Source: Marsupella aquatica (lineage: Eukaryota; Plantae; Marchantiophyta). Taken from it: a DNA stretch of 64,000 nucleotides. Location of the stretch: positions 30,076,932 to 30,140,931 of the forward strand of contig OZ316892.1 of NCBI GenBank assembly GCA_973895155.1, given 5' to 3'. Numbering within the stretch: position 1 is the first letter of the stretch; each line of letters starts with the position of its first letter. Below the pieces are notes generated by a model that made no database searches, had not been told where the DNA came from, and saw nothing but the letters and a program-made list of their open reading frames with translations. Positions 63,031-64,000 of the stretch are shown here, one piece after another. The position numbers were made by a program, and so were the translations under genes.

Positions 63031-64000
63031 TCACCAGTAATCGCAACAAGAACATATCCCATCTTTGAAATGGTGAAAGCGATTGGCATCCCTGGCTATA
63101 ATCTCGCGTCCAGTAACCTTAGACATAAACTTGGTAGCGGTATGGCAATCTGAACACACCCGAAGGTTCTTCCATACCCGAATTGGTTTCCCCTGAGGTA
63201 TGTGCATAAGTCCGTAAATAATAGCCAACTTCTCACTATGAGAGCAAAGAGCAAGTTCTTTATCCTCCTCACTCATATCATGCAACACAAGTCGAGTATC
63301 CGGAATGTAGCCTTCAGCCTTCAGTTTTTCAGTCAATTTAGTGAGCTCAGTATATATTGCCTTCGCTTCTGGGTGAGATCTATCCCCTGCAACAAATTTA
63401 TGGATCTTCTTGTCAACTTCAATCCAGCTACGTCCTGGCACCTTCCAAATACGTCTCTTTTGCATCATGGTGCGGACCAACGACTTCTTCTCCCATTTGC
63501 CAGCTGCAGCATATATATTGGAGAGGAGCACATACGCAGAAGCATCACTGGGACCCCACTTCAGAAGCTCTCTAGCGGCAACTTCACCCAACTCCACATT
63601 ACCGTAAGTCCTACAAGCCCCGAGCAAGGCTTTCCAAGTTACTTCATCTGGTTCCACTGGCATGTCACTAATGAAGAGCTTTGCTTCCTCCAAATGTCCA
63701 GCCCGCCCAAGAAGATCCACCATGCAGTTATAATGCACAACAGCAGGCTCGATGCCATAATCTTGCGTCATAGATACAAAGAGTCTACGGCCCTCATCAA
63801 CAAGGCCTCCGTGACAACAGGCTGACAACACTGCCACGAATGAATAACTGTCGGGCTTCACGCCGTTTGTGGTCATTTTTCTAAACATTTCCACGGCTTC
63901 ATTCCCACATCCATGTTGCGCAAGTCCACCAATCATTACAGTCCATGTAACTACATCGTGTTTCTCCATTCTGTCAAAAACAAGTCGCGCGTCAATTATA
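63031..64000 (-). CDS. PLS-class PPR-DYW RNA editing factor, 3' part (runs off the window)
   Basis: P2L2S2, E1/E2, KVPGRSWIEV, HSEK, CSDCH and CSCCDYW*. Confidence 0.92.
   Translation of the reverse strand, partial: IIDARLVFDRMEKHDVVTWTVMIGGLAQHGCGNEAVEMFRKMTTNGVKPDSYSFVAVLSACCHGGLVDEGRRLFVSMTQDYGIEPAVVHYNCMVDLLGRAGHLEEAKLFISDMPVEPDEVTWKALLGACRTYGNVELGEVAARELLKWGPSDASAYVLLSNIYAAAGKWEKKSLVRTMMQKRRIWKVPGRSWIEVDKKIHKFVAGDRSHPEAKAIYTELTKLTEKLKAEGYIPDTRLVLHDMSEEDKELALCSHSEKLAIIYGLMHIPQGKPIRVWKNLRVCSDCHTATKFMSKVTGREIIARDANRFHHFKDGICSCCDYW

Overview
Nuclear DNA of a land plant, probably a bryophyte. This is inferred from GT-AG introns, moss-like PLS-DYW PPR proteins and an F-A-A-R-type NIP aquaporin. 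The window holds a dispersed cluster of closely related PLS-class DYW RNA-editing PPR genes: three near-complete copies, one copy cut by the window end, one pseudogene and one duplicated DYW tail. It also holds a 5-exon NIP aquaporin with frame lesions, an intron-retaining 3-exon fragment of a VIH/PPIP5K inositol-pyrophosphate kinase, and many TEs: a full-length Ty1/copia with TSD nested in an older copia, a Bianca-like fragment, two solo LTRs, L1-like LINE ends, Helitron-like ends and TIR elements. The most striking feature is a 10-exon minus-strand gene (16534->10624). Its large first exon encodes a trihelix (Myb/SANT-like) DNA-binding domain and splices in frame onto a complete NMNAT (NAD+ synthesis enzyme), predicting a 755-aa DNA-binding NAD+-synthesising fusion protein. 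All exon models were read by eye and need transcript confirmation.
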